Positions 1-9,847 of a stretch of DNA of 64,000 bases are shown here, piece by piece. Origin of the DNA: Acidobacteriota bacterium (lineage in GTDB: Bacteria; Acidobacteriota; UBA6911; RPQK01; JAJDTT01); the NCBI GenBank assembly GCA_965209055.1, contig OZ242374.1, forward strand, positions 1,152,001-1,216,000. Direction: 5' to 3'. The notes beneath the pieces were generated by a model. That model saw only the letters and a program-made list of their open reading frames with translations. It made no database searches and was not told the DNA's origin. Made by a program: the position numbers and the translations under genes. Position 1 is the stretch's first letter. Every line of letters starts with the position of its first letter.

Positions 1-45
1 GGAGAGGATGGCCCCTACGACGTCGAGATCGTAGATTATCACTGA
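1..45 (+). CDS. higB: HigB-type toxin, 3' end only (runs off window)
   Basis: Frame 1 reads GEDGPYDVEIVDYH*, the typical HigB C-terminus, directly upstream of higA. Confidence 0.8.
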   Translation, partial: GEDGPYDVEIVDYH

Positions 46-58
46 GGAGGTCGAGGTG

Positions 59-397
59 ATGAGCTTCAAAAATGGAATGCGCCCGGTGCACCCGGGAGAA
101 ATCTTGCGGGACGAGCTGGATGCGCTTGGTATGTCGGCCAATGCGCTGTCAAAAGCGCTGGACGTGCCCGTGAATCGAATCACGGCGATCCTGAGTGGGC
201 AGCGGGGTGTGACGGCCAACACGGCATTGCGTCTGGCGCGTTACTTTGGGACGACCCCGCAGGTCTGGCTGAACCTGCAGAAGACGTGGGAGCTACGGCG
301 GGAAGAGATCAACGCTGGGCGCCTGATTGCCGAGCGCGTTCAGCCCCGGCAAACGATGTTGCCGGGAGAAAAATATAGAACCGATGCCCGTTCCTGA
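59..397 (+). CDS. higA: HigA family addiction-module antitoxin (HTH)
   Basis: MRPVHPGEIL...ALRLARYFGTTPQVWLNLQ signature; GAGGAGG RBS; alternative GTG start at 56. Confidence 0.92.
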   Translation: MSFKNGMRPVHPGEILRDELDALGMSANALSKALDVPVNRITAILSGQRGVTANTALRLARYFGTTPQVWLNLQKTWELRREEINAGRLIAERVQPRQTMLPGEKYRTDARS

Positions 398-462
398 CCA
401 ATGGACATCAATATTCGACCGTGAGAGGCTGACAACACCCCTCGGGAAAAGGAGACTCCATC

Positions 463-1572
463 ATGGATTTCATTGACAAGCTCAAAGCGCTGTCTGTCCG
501 CGCCCAAACTCATGCTGCCCACGCCCAGACCGAAGAAGCGACCAAGACCGCACTCGTTCTCCCATTCTTGAATGTTTTGGGATACGACGTCTTTAACCCT
601 ACGGAAGTCGTCCCAGAATACACCGCCGACGTGGGCCAAAAGCGGGGGGAGAAGGTGGATTATGCCATTTTGAAGGACGGAGCACCCATCATCATTCTGG
701 AGTGCAAGCCTGTGAGGTCCGATTTGAACTCAGAGAATGCCTCACAGCTTTACCGCTACTTCACAACTACAGAATCTCGCTTTGGGGTCCTCACGAACGG
801 AATGGTCTACAAATTCTATTCTGACTTGGAAGAGCCGAATAAGATGGATCCCAGGCCCTTCCTGAAATTCGACCTGTCCAATTTCACTCCCAATACCGTG
901 GAGAACCTAAAGCGGTTCACCAAAGACTCTTTCGATCTAGAAGACTCCATACGGGCCGCCACAAATTTGAAGTACACCACGGCCATCAAACGAATTCTGG
1001 CAGACCAGCTCAGGCGGCCCTACGAGGACTTTGTGCTGTTTATTCTGGGTCAGGTTTACAAGGGGGTGAAAACCAAGAGCGTCCGGGAAAAATTTGTGGA
1101 TTTGACCCAACACGCCTTTCGTGAGTTCATCAACGATCGGGTCAACGACCGGCTGCAATCAGCCCTGGAAAATGAGCCTCCCCCTGAACCTTCCGTGGAT
1201 GATGAGCCTTCCCCTGAGCCATCTTCGGAGACAAAAGAAGGGCCGCTCGAAATTGCGCGGAAGCCTGGAATCATAACTACGGAAGCGGAAATCCAAGCCT
1301 ATTCCATCGTGAAATCCGTCTTGGCTGAAGTTGTAGATCTGGACCGGGTAACGCTTCGGGATCTCAAGTCTTTCTGCAATGTCCTGCTAGACGACAGCTT
1401 GCAGCGACTGATTTGTCGTTTCCGTTTCGATTCTGAGAATAAGTCCGTTGGGGTGCCCAACCCCAACTCGGAGGAGGTCCGGTTCCCCATTGACTCCCTC
1501 AACGATATTTACGGTTTGAAAGATACTCTCCGAGAGCGCGTCTCGTTTCTCTTGTCCAAGTTCGGTTCATGA
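463..1572 (+). CDS. Type I restriction enzyme HsdR N-terminal-domain protein (PD-(D/E)xK nuclease)
   Basis: TEEATKTALVLPFL..GYDVFNP.EV.PEYTAD..GEKVDYAI...IILECK..LTNG motifs. Confidence 0.8.
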   Translation: MDFIDKLKALSVRAQTHAAHAQTEEATKTALVLPFLNVLGYDVFNPTEVVPEYTADVGQKRGEKVDYAILKDGAPIIILECKPVRSDLNSENASQLYRYFTTTESRFGVLTNGMVYKFYSDLEEPNKMDPRPFLKFDLSNFTPNTVENLKRFTKDSFDLEDSIRAATNLKYTTAIKRILADQLRRPYEDFVLFILGQVYKGVKTKSVREKFVDLTQHAFREFINDRVNDRLQSALENEPPPEPSVDDEPSPEPSSETKEGPLEIARKPGIITTEAEIQAYSIVKSVLAEVVDLDRVTLRDLKSFCNVLLDDSLQRLICRFRFDSENKSVGVPNPNSEEVRFPIDSLNDIYGLKDTLRERVSFLLSKFGS

Positions 1573-1619
1573 GAAGACGGACTCGGTGACCAGAGACGGA
1601 TTCCCGGAAGAGGCGCCTC

Positions 1620-2417
1620 GTGGAGAACAGTCGAATTCAGGTGAGCCCCACTCCTGCACACGGCCGTTTTGAGTCCTTCCTCTATGCCCTCGTAGTGTTC
1701 GCGTGTCTCCTCACTCTGCCTGTCATTTACTACGAATGGCAGGGAGTCAATTCCAGACTGTTGACTATAGCCGACTGGTGCATCTGGGCGATCTTTGTAG
1801 TTGAATACGGAGTCCTTCTGACACTTGCCCGCGACAGGAAGCGATACATCGTAGGGAACTGGCTGAACGCCGGGATCATTGTACTGTCCTTCCCCCTACT
1901 ACCAGCGATGATGGGATCTGTCCGCCTCGTTCGTCTAACTCGCCTGGTTCGACTCTTCTTGGTGGCAACCAAGGGGCTCCGCACGATGAAGGTCGTCGTG
2001 AGCCAAAAGAGTTTCGTCTATGTGCTGAGCGTGACAGCGTTGCTTGTGGTAGTGGCGGCTCAGCTTCTCCACATGCTGGAGCCCATGCCCGGAGGATTCA
2101 CGGATGGGCTGTGGTGGGCGGTAGTAACCACGACTACCGTGGGCTATGGAGATATCACACCAACGACTGCAACAGGCCGTTTTGTCGCGGTCATGCTGAT
2201 GCTGGCGGGCACGGCTCTGATCGCCACAGTTGCGGCTTCGGTGTCGGCCTATTTCGTTGGAGCCGAACGAACTGAAGAGTACGAAGATCTCAAAGCCCGG
2301 CTGAGCCGAATCGAACGCATGCTGGAGAAAAACCTCCCACCGGCCTCTGGCCAATCGACACACGCAAGAAGCCACAATGAGGGCGATCCGTCGCCGCCAA
2401 AAACCTCACGCCCGTGA
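1620..2417 (+). CDS. Voltage-gated-type potassium channel / ion transporter
   Basis: TTVGYGD selectivity filter; S4-like RLVRLTRLVR; several TM segments. Confidence 0.9.
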   Translation: MENSRIQVSPTPAHGRFESFLYALVVFACLLTLPVIYYEWQGVNSRLLTIADWCIWAIFVVEYGVLLTLARDRKRYIVGNWLNAGIIVLSFPLLPAMMGSVRLVRLTRLVRLFLVATKGLRTMKVVVSQKSFVYVLSVTALLVVVAAQLLHMLEPMPGGFTDGLWWAVVTTTTVGYGDITPTTATGRFVAVMLMLAGTALIATVAASVSAYFVGAERTEEYEDLKARLSRIERMLEKNLPPASGQSTHARSHNEGDPSPPKTSRP

Positions 2418-3178
2418 GTGGATTATGTTCTGGTCCGCGACCCGGCACTTGAGCATCTGCTCCACGGCGAGAGGCGAGAGCGCCCATTCGGTCAGCGTGC
2501 TGTAGCGTCGCTGGCCAGCCCGAGACAACGGGAAAGCCTTGGGCGCGTCCGCGAGCCCGGGTTGTTCGATGTCGGCCGCGATCCACTCATCCAGGTCGTG
2601 CCGCACTGGGACCTCCGGGGCCTTGGCCCCTTTATCCACAAATTGCATACTGCCACTTCATAGAGTGTTTAAAACGCCTTCCCGCCAGGGATAATTGGGA
2701 CGGGAGCGACCCTCCCAGGGGGTGTTGCGCAGATGTGAATTGCGCAACACCCCCGCGCCCGCACCGGGCAGCAAAAAGGGGGGGTCGCTCCCGTCCACCT
2801 CCATTTTCCCCGTGCGGCCACCCTGTGGCCGGAAAAATGGCCGTAACTGACTGAAACGACAAGGGATCGGGGGAGACGGACTTGTGAACCACCGGGACCG
2901 CTTTTTGTGAATCCACCCCCTTTGTCCCATTCACATCCCGGATCGGGCGCGAGACCCCCGTTGTGCCCACCCGAAACGAGTCGCCGTAGACCTTTTCGAC
3001 TGCCAAGTGCAGAACCATCTCGGCGACCGTCTCGCAACGTTCACGATGTTGCTCACCTGGTCCGAACTGATAGTCTCGGCCTCCATGTGTCCATCCTGCG
3101 ACACCGGCTCGGTGGGGGGCGAACTATTGTCGGTAAAGTTCGTTACCCAGGCTGCGTTGAAGAGGGAGGAGAGCGACC

Positions 3179-3418
3179 GTGAGGGGACCGAAGTTAGGGG
3201 TGCAAGTCGTCTTCTCCGGCGGAGAGTTTGCGATCTACCGGGCGGAGTCGGTGAACTGGGACCGGCGGACCGGAACATTGACCCTGGAGCATTCCGGCCG
3301 ATCCTCCGTGTTCGAGCATTGGGGCGCGAGCCTCCAGGTCGTCGCCTGGCGGTGGGTCGATGGGTCGATTCAGGACCGGACCTGGAGAGTGAAGACCGGG
3401 CACGGCGGGCGCCTCTAA
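3179..3418 (+). CDS. Small hypothetical protein
   Basis: GTG start after GGAGGAG; protein-like composition; no family recognised. Confidence 0.4.
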   Translation: MRGPKLGVQVVFSGGEFAIYRAESVNWDRRTGTLTLEHSGRSSVFEHWGASLQVVAWRWVDGSIQDRTWRVKTGHGGRL

Positions 3419-3565
3419 GGCACAATAAGTTGATCTTATTGGACCCTGTGTCCTCCTAGAGGCGCTTGGACAGCTTCTCTCGGACCGTGTTACCGGGTAG
3501 CTCACGGTGGATCCCCGCCCCCCGAGAGAACCTGAGAAACCCGCTTCCTTCCCTCAGGATGTCCA

Positions 3566-4084
3566 TTAATTCGAGTTAACGGATGTCGAAGGATCTCTGG
3601 GAGCTTTGTAGACCACGATGGCCTCGCCCTTCGTCGCGGCATCGGTCGCCGCACCCAACCCAGCCCCGATTCCGAAGCCAATGCCGGCCATCATCAGATT
3701 ACCTAGCGCATTGAGATCGTTATCCGACTTGAGGGCAAGCGCACTCAGCATAACGCCAAATCCGATCCCGCCACCGATCAGCGTTCCGTTGGCAAGTCCA
3801 TCCTCCGGTTGAGTTGTGATCGTCTCGATGTCTTCTTTGGGAATCACCGCCCGGGAGATGTTGGTCACGAGCATCAGGTCGGTATCGGAAAGATCCTCGA
3901 AATGACCCTTGATTCGATCTCCGTCCTTTGTTTCCACCGTGATGGGGACCGTCACTTTCAAGGCCGCAACCTTCTCCCATCGTCCGGGGATCACCTCCGC
4001 GTGTGCTGGCATGGAGGTCAATCCGGCAAGAATCAAGGCGAGTGATTGAATCCGGCATGTCTTCATCGTTTGGGTTATCTTCAT
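3566..4084 (-). CDS. Secreted/membrane protein with glycine-zipper segment
   Basis: Signal peptide (AHA cleavage motif), GTLIGGGIGFG and GIGFGIGAGLG; GGAGG RBS. Confidence 0.75.
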   Translation of the reverse strand: MKITQTMKTCRIQSLALILAGLTSMPAHAEVIPGRWEKVAALKVTVPITVETKDGDRIKGHFEDLSDTDLMLVTNISRAVIPKEDIETITTQPEDGLANGTLIGGGIGFGVMLSALALKSDNDLNALGNLMMAGIGFGIGAGLGAATDAATKGEAIVVYKAPRDPSTSVNSN

Positions 4085-4401
4085 GGCGCCTCCTTCTGCC
4101 TTGGAGTAACGTCGCTTCCTGTTAGCGACTCCTTGTCAGAAAATGTGATTTTTCCGTCGGAAGTGGCTCACCGAGGCGAGCGGACGATGATCGATCCTAG
4201 GTAGTCCCCGGCGAAAAACGGCATGGAGCCGCGAAGCGCGGAAGGGCGTGTCGGCGTTCAGGAGCCGATTCGGCTGCCTGTTTGTTGCCTGTGCAGCGTG
4301 CCAAACATAGGGAGTCAACCACTTTAACGATTCGGCGAAGAACCCGTTAAGTGATTGAAAACGTTAATGTTCGTTAGTCTTTGACTGAGGGACAGTAGGG
4401 A

Positions 4402-4854
4402 TTAGAAATCGCCGCTCCTGACGAGCTTTTGCGCGGAACGGTAGGTTTCCAGGGCTTCGTCGGTCTTGCCCTCGTCGCGGAAGACGCGGGCCTTGAACAT
4501 GAGGAGCATGAACCGGTTTTCCTGTGCGTCGACGGCCTTCAAGCTGGCGTCCACCGCCTGGCGGGCCAGACCATGCTGGTCCGCGTTCAGCAGCTCCTCG
4601 CTCAGGTTCAGCACCGAGAGCGTCAGCACGCCTTCATTCTCGGCGCCGAAGCCCAGGTCCAGGATCTCCTGGATCTCCGCCACGACCGCATCGTACTCGC
4701 CCGATTCGAGCTTGAGCTGGGCGATCTCGTAGTGAGTCGCGGCCGCCGCCAGCTTGGCGTTTTCCGCCGGGTTCGACGCCGCTGCGGAAACGCCCCGGAC
4801 CGGCGCCAATCCGAAAACCAGTAGAAATACGGAAAACCGGATCAGAGCGCTCAT
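4402..4854 (-). CDS. Secreted TPR-like protein
   Basis: Signal peptide, helical TPR-like pattern; ATGA-coupled to the anti-sigma gene. Confidence 0.75.
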   Translation of the reverse strand: MSALIRFSVFLLVFGLAPVRGVSAAASNPAENAKLAAAATHYEIAQLKLESGEYDAVVAEIQEILDLGFGAENEGVLTLSVLNLSEELLNADQHGLARQAVDASLKAVDAQENRFMLLMFKARVFRDEGKTDEALETYRSAQKLVRSGDF

Positions 4855-5351
4855 CTCTCTCCTCTGATCATATCAAAGGGATTCTCCCCCTTTTCCGCTC
4901 GTTGGGCGAGGGAAGAAGGGAAGGTCTCCCGTTTCAATGCCACCAGGAACGGGTTCTCCGCCTTGGCGAAGACTCGAGGCGCCGGCGGCGCCTCCTGGAT
5001 CCGTCCCATGAACCCGCCCGAGAGAATCGCCAGCACCACCAGGCTGGCCGCCGCGTACCGGACCTCGGGAAACCGGACCAGCGCCGCCAGTCCCGATCCC
5101 AACTGCTCCCAGAGGGAGTCCCGGGGAACCGGCAACCTCGACTCGATCCGGCTCCAGATCTCCGGAGCCGGCTCCGCGTCCGGCGACCCGGCCCTGAGCC
5201 AGTCCGACAACTCGCGCTGCTCCTCGTAGATCCGGGCGCACTCGGCGCACTCGGCGAGCTGGACCCGAACCGACGGCTCCGACCGCGCGTCCAGGCTGTC
5301 GTCGGCCAGCGCCGAAATCGAAAGCAGAAAACCTCGGCAGGAGCAATTCAT
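4851..5351 (-). CDS. Membrane-anchored anti-sigma factor (zf-HC2-like)
   Basis: N-terminal Cys motif (QLAECAEC, with Q where His is usual), single TM; coupled to ECF sigma. Confidence 0.8.
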   Translation of the reverse strand: MNCSCRGFLLSISALADDSLDARSEPSVRVQLAECAECARIYEEQRELSDWLRAGSPDAEPAPEIWSRIESRLPVPRDSLWEQLGSGLAALVRFPEVRYAAASLVVLAILSGGFMGRIQEAPPAPRVFAKAENPFLVALKRETFPSSLAQRAEKGENPFDMIRGER

Positions 5352-5938
5352 TGCTTCCTCCCCATGTAGGTCTTCACGTGGTCCTTCACCACCAACCTGG
5401 CGCGGTAGATGTCGGTCTTCACCGAAAGCAGCGAGCGGCCCACGATTCTTGAAATCTCTTCGTACTTCATCTTCTGGAAAACAGCCAGCACGAACACGTC
5501 ACGATACTTGGGCGTGAGCGACCGCAAGGCGCAAAGAATGATCTCATTGAGCTCTTGAGAGAGAACCGCCCGCTCCGGATGCAGATCCATGCCCTCGTCG
5601 GCCAGGAGCCAGTCCAGGGGACCTTCCTCTCCCTCCAGGGAGATTTCACTGACCTTCTTGGTGCGGCGGAGCTTCTGGTAGACCTCGTTCCGGGCGATCC
5701 GATAGAGCCAGTAGCGAAACTGTTTCGGGTCCCGGAGCTTCTTGAGTTCCCGGTGAACCTTGAGGAAGGTTTCCTGTGTGAGGTCTTCGGCATCTTCCTT
5801 GGAGCCGATCAGCCGTAAGATAAAATTGTAAATGCGCTTGACGAACAGCTCGTAGAGCGCATGAAAGTCGGCAGCCGAACCCTGCTGGGCCCTCTTGACG
5901 ATTGCCGCCAACTCATCCGGGCTGATTTCGTCTGGCAT
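5348..5938 (-). CDS. ECF (sigma-70 group 4) RNA polymerase sigma factor
   Basis: DAEDLTQETF, FRYWLYRIARN (region 2); YEEIS..VG.S..SVKT.IYRAR (region 4). Confidence 0.95.
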   Translation of the reverse strand: MPDEISPDELAAIVKRAQQGSAADFHALYELFVKRIYNFILRLIGSKEDAEDLTQETFLKVHRELKKLRDPKQFRYWLYRIARNEVYQKLRRTKKVSEISLEGEEGPLDWLLADEGMDLHPERAVLSQELNEIILCALRSLTPKYRDVFVLAVFQKMKYEEISRIVGRSLLSVKTDIYRARLVVKDHVKTYMGRKQ

Positions 5939-6030
5939 ACGTACGGACTAAAACGGAATTCAGGCCGCCCCAACCCGTCTCTCCGACATTGCCAAAGCTA
6001 CCAGCCCTCCTCTCTTCCAATCACTTTAGG

Positions 6031-6056
6031 AGATGACCCTGGCGGCAAAAAGTCGC
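6031..6056 (-). promoter_or_regulatory. Putative ECF promoter GCGAC-N16-CATCT upstream of the ECF sigma gene (autoregulatory)
   Basis: Same bipartite motif and 16-bp spacing found at four other sites in the window. Confidence 0.7.
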
Positions 6057-6100
6057 AAGCGGGGGACGGGTGAGGGAAGTGGTATCATTGGCCATTATGC

Positions 6101-7786
6101 TTGCGGACGAGTCTTTCCGGATTCGTTCCCAACGGCCGGCTCGCGACTCGGCTCGAACGCCCGTCGGCGGCCCGGCGAATCGAATCGGAGTTTAATCCAA
6201 CCGTGAGTCGAACTGGCGGGAGGCGCGGGTATGGCAGAAGGCTGGGGAGCTTCGGCTTCTTCGCCTCCCTGGTGGCCGCGTCGTTGCTCTCGGCGCTGAT
6301 CTGGCAGTTCATCCCGAGTACCGGGGACGATTCCCACTACCGGCCGGATCCGGGTTCCTCCCGGGGAACCGCCGGCTGGAGCCGGGCGGACCGGACGGTG
6401 GCGGGTTCGTTTCCGTTTCCCCGCTCCTTCGGCTCGTCATCGCCAAGCCCCGGCGCCGGGACGTTTCAGACCTCCCGCTCCTCGTCGTCCGGCCGGCGCG
6501 CTTCGTCCCCGCGCCGCCGGACCAGCCAATCGAGAAGCACCTCGCGCGGCGCCTCCCCCGCAGTCGCCGCCTCCACCGGCGGGACCGCGGATGCGGCGGG
6601 TCCCGGAGCCGCAGTCGAGCCGATCGCTCCCGGGGGCCGCTCCACGGACGACATGATGGCCCGGGCGGACGAGCTCCGGCAGTTCGAGCGCGACTACCAG
6701 GCGGCCTGGAGCCAATTCAGCTCCGGCCTCTCGCCGGGGAACCCCTATATGAACGCCCGCAATCCCTTCCGGCGGGCGTTCCTCGACCGGGCGGACCCCA
6801 ATGACGTCACCGGCGACGACCCCGTCGACGAAACCGGAGACACCGGCGATCCGTCCACCGCCACGCCTCCGCCGGAGATGCCGAATCCGCCGCCCGCGCC
6901 ACCCGTCGGACCCGACCCCGTGCCCCCGGCTCCCCCTCCGCCCCCGTTTCGTCCCGGGGGCGGCGTCATCCGCCCGGACCCCCCCTTCGACTTCGTCGTG
7001 GTCGGCGACTACGGCTCCGGAGGGAGCGCCCAACGGGTCTACAAGGGCCGCCGGGACGCCCGGAACCGGTTCATTCTGGAAAACGACCGGACCTTCACCA
7101 TCGGGCCCAATCCTGAAGGGTACCGGGTGTTCGACGAGGACGAACGCCTCCTGGTGACCGACTTGAACGAGGACGGCCACCTGGACATGGTCCGGGCCAT
7201 GAACGGTCCCCTGGGCGCCCTGCTGAAGACGGAAATCGGCGACGGCACGGGCCAGTTCGAGCTCCAGGCACAAGGTCACCTTCTCCGCCGGCAGGTCCTG
7301 AATTTCGCCCTCTTCGATTTCGGCGGCGATGGAGAGTCGGAAATCGTCCTGGTGACCGACGTCGGACCCGGACTCACCATCTACACGCGGGACGGCGAGC
7401 AGTGGGTCCACGACAAGGAACTGGCCTTGGACTTTTCGCCCGGAATCGTCATGACCTCCAACCTCAGGCGCCTCGACAAGCGACTCTACATCCTGGACCG
7501 GGACATGGGCCGATCCATTTATTTCTCCACCTTCTTTCACGACGGGCGGCCAAGGCGGCTGACGTTTCCCCGGTACTCCCTCCACACCCTGGAAATGGAG
7601 GGCCCGGACGAAGAGGCGGCCCCGGAAGTGTTGGTCTACGAGGACTTCGGCTGTTTTTCCGTTTTCGAGAAGACGGAGCAGGGCTATGCCCTCTACGCGT
7701 CCTTTCCGGCGCCGCAATATCCCGGCTTGATTATCGTGGGAGACTACTTTAGGCTTGACTTCCGCCAGATGGTGGTGTGGTGGTGA
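6101..7786 (+). CDS. Membrane-anchored protein with Pro/Ser-rich linker and FG-GAP/VCBS-like repeats
   Basis: N-terminal TM, Pro-rich stalk, DLNEDGHLD and DFGGDGESE Ca-binding-type motifs; start uncertain. Confidence 0.7.
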   Translation: MRTSLSGFVPNGRLATRLERPSAARRIESEFNPTVSRTGGRRGYGRRLGSFGFFASLVAASLLSALIWQFIPSTGDDSHYRPDPGSSRGTAGWSRADRTVAGSFPFPRSFGSSSPSPGAGTFQTSRSSSSGRRASSPRRRTSQSRSTSRGASPAVAASTGGTADAAGPGAAVEPIAPGGRSTDDMMARADELRQFERDYQAAWSQFSSGLSPGNPYMNARNPFRRAFLDRADPNDVTGDDPVDETGDTGDPSTATPPPEMPNPPPAPPVGPDPVPPAPPPPPFRPGGGVIRPDPPFDFVVVGDYGSGGSAQRVYKGRRDARNRFILENDRTFTIGPNPEGYRVFDEDERLLVTDLNEDGHLDMVRAMNGPLGALLKTEIGDGTGQFELQAQGHLLRRQVLNFALFDFGGDGESEIVLVTDVGPGLTIYTRDGEQWVHDKELALDFSPGIVMTSNLRRLDKRLYILDRDMGRSIYFSTFFHDGRPRRLTFPRYSLHTLEMEGPDEEAAPEVLVYEDFGCFSVFEKTEQGYALYASFPAPQYPGLIIVGDYFRLDFRQMVVWW

Positions 7787-7802
7787 CGCGGTTACGAATG
7801 TT

Positions 7803-7828
7803 GCGACTTTCGAGAACCTGTGGCATCT
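7803..7828 (+). promoter_or_regulatory. Putative ECF promoter GCGAC-N16-CATCT
   Basis: gcgac tttcgagaacctgtgg catct upstream of the gene at 7942. Confidence 0.65.
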
Positions 7829-7941
7829 CTAGGAAAATCAGTTTCGGCGGAACAAGTAGCGTGTTTTTGTAGTCGGACGGCAGTATTTCGGTGCGGTCCG
7901 CGTTATTGTTTCCAATCGTCATTTTGCAGAGGAGTAAGGGA

Positions 7942-8586
7942 ATGAACAAATCGAGAGCGATGCTTTTTTCGGCAGTCCTGCTGACCGTGGCCTTCGGCGC
8001 AACGGCTATGGCAGGCACCTCAGTTTCCTTCATGGCGGCCGGGCACACGTCAGAGCAGTCTGCCGTTTTCGCCAGCTACCTGGTCAGCATTCCCAATGAA
8101 GATCCCATGTATGCATTCGACACGGCCATTTCCGTGAGCAACGTCCTGGCAGCGCCGGCCGGGATCGACGCCACGGGCGGCTATGGCGAGGGCTACAACG
8201 AGATGGGCACCCTGGAGATCTACCTCTACAACCGGGACGGCACCATGATGATGCATGAGACCTCCATGGATTCGCCCGGCTCCGGTTTGACCGACGGGAT
8301 GCTCGGCAAGGGCCAGACCTACACTGTGCTCTTGAGCGAGATCGTGGGTGACATGGACTTCGTGGGCTACGGCTGGGTCGTGGCCAACTTCGACGGTGTC
8401 GCCGGAACCCGCACCGTCATCGGCAGCTTCGTGAATCAGCACGGAACCATGTCGCCGCCCGTGTCCCGCCATGGCGCAGGGATCAAGCCCATGATGGTGA
8501 GCTCGGACATGGACATGGGGCACGACGACGATGACGACGATCACGATCATGATCACGACGACGATCACGATCACGACGACGAGTAG
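7942..8586 (+). CDS. Secreted beta-sandwich protein with C-terminal His/Asp-rich tail
   Basis: Signal peptide MNKSRAMLF...AMA; tail HDDDDDDHDHDHDDDHDHDDE; purine-rich RBS region (GAGGAGTAAGGG). Confidence 0.8.
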   Translation: MNKSRAMLFSAVLLTVAFGATAMAGTSVSFMAAGHTSEQSAVFASYLVSIPNEDPMYAFDTAISVSNVLAAPAGIDATGGYGEGYNEMGTLEIYLYNRDGTMMMHETSMDSPGSGLTDGMLGKGQTYTVLLSEIVGDMDFVGYGWVVANFDGVAGTRTVIGSFVNQHGTMSPPVSRHGAGIKPMMVSSDMDMGHDDDDDDHDHDHDDDHDHDDE

Positions 8587-8717
8587 CGGAATACTCCGGT
8601 CTTGAACACCGTCATCGCCGCATGGTGACGGTGAGGTTCCCTGCAAAATATTTTCCAGGCAGGGACTCGCGCTGCCGAACCGGGAAATCCGGGGACGGGA
8701 GCAACGGAAGTTGAAGT

Positions 8718-8764
8718 CGGGGGCTGCCCCTGGGTCAAGGAGCAGCCCCCGGCTCTTTTTCTTT
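8718..8764 (+). terminator. Rho-independent terminator
   Basis: cgggggctgc...gcagcccccg stem followed by T-rich tract. Confidence 0.6.
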
Positions 8765-8851
8765 GTCCATCGTTCAATACGGTTCTTTCCCACTTGGGAC
8801 GTTCTCCCGAGTGGGAATTTTTGGTTCCGTTCGTTTCGGGAGGCTCCGGAC

Positions 8852-9727
8852 ATGACTTGGCTGCTCCTTTACCTGGGCCTCTTCTCAACTCCCGCCGTCG
8901 ACCCGGAATTGGAGAAGTCGGTCCAAACCTTCTGGGACCTGCTTCAGAAGGGCGACAAGGTGGGAGCCCTCCAATACGTCGTTCCGGAGAGCCGGAATCC
9001 GTTCCTCAACCGCCCCGCCAACAACTTTCGCTCCTGGGAGCTGGACCGGATCGAACTCCGATCCCCGGACGAAGCGCTGGTGACGGTGAAGGTGCAGCAG
9101 ATGCTTTTGCCGTCTGCGAGCTACTATCCCGTGCCCACCCGCGAGATCTGGATACGCCAGCCGGACGGATGGCGGATTCGGATTCTTCCCCGGAATCCGG
9201 AGCAGATCAGAAGGGCGTTCATCGGCGGCCCGGCGCCCAAACCGACCGGCCCGAACCCGGGAACGTTGGAGGTGGTCCCCCGGCAGGTCAAGATCCACTT
9301 CCTGGACCGGACGCAACAGGGTGCGGTCCGGATTCGCAACGGCCTGTCTGAAACGGTCCACATCTCTCGAATCGACTACGACCGGACCCGTTTCGAGCTG
9401 CTGGAGAGCGCCGGCTCCGTCGCCGCGGGCCAGGACCTCCGCCTGTCGTTCCGCTACATCGGGAACGAGTCCGGGAAGGGCTTGAGCAACGAACTCCGCC
9501 TTCTGCTGAAACGGGGCGGCGATGAAGATGCCAGGGAGCAGCTCTTCACCGTCCGAGTCCTCTACAACTACGTGAGTCCCGGCGCCAGAGGCCTCCTGGG
9601 TCTCACCGGGAAAAAGCTGGACCGGCTCAAGCGCGGCGAGTCCGTGAAGCCCGTGGTCGACAGCCCCGTGTCACCCCCTCCCCTCCCCGGCCTCCCCTCC
9701 GCCGTCGAGCCGGAAGCCAAGCCGTAA
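8852..9727 (+). CDS. Secreted hypothetical protein (possible Ig-like C-terminal domain)
   Basis: ATG after GGAGG, hydrophobic N-terminus, long ORF with coding-like codon use. Confidence 0.7.
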   Translation: MTWLLLYLGLFSTPAVDPELEKSVQTFWDLLQKGDKVGALQYVVPESRNPFLNRPANNFRSWELDRIELRSPDEALVTVKVQQMLLPSASYYPVPTREIWIRQPDGWRIRILPRNPEQIRRAFIGGPAPKPTGPNPGTLEVVPRQVKIHFLDRTQQGAVRIRNGLSETVHISRIDYDRTRFELLESAGSVAAGQDLRLSFRYIGNESGKGLSNELRLLLKRGGDEDAREQLFTVRVLYNYVSPGARGLLGLTGKKLDRLKRGESVKPVVDSPVSPPPLPGLPSAVEPEAKP

Positions 9728-9847
9728 AAGGAGTGAGGAAGGCGATTTCAATCGCCCGTTCTTCTCTTCTCTCTCACACCCATTCCCTCCCGCGGCCAGC
9801 CCATAACCGAATTGCACTCAACATCGTTCGGAAGTAATGTGATGTAA

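Noticed and set aside
2418-2663. Small ORFs on both strands after the K+ channel
   Set aside because: No RBS or recognisable family; may be a gene remnant but cannot be supported
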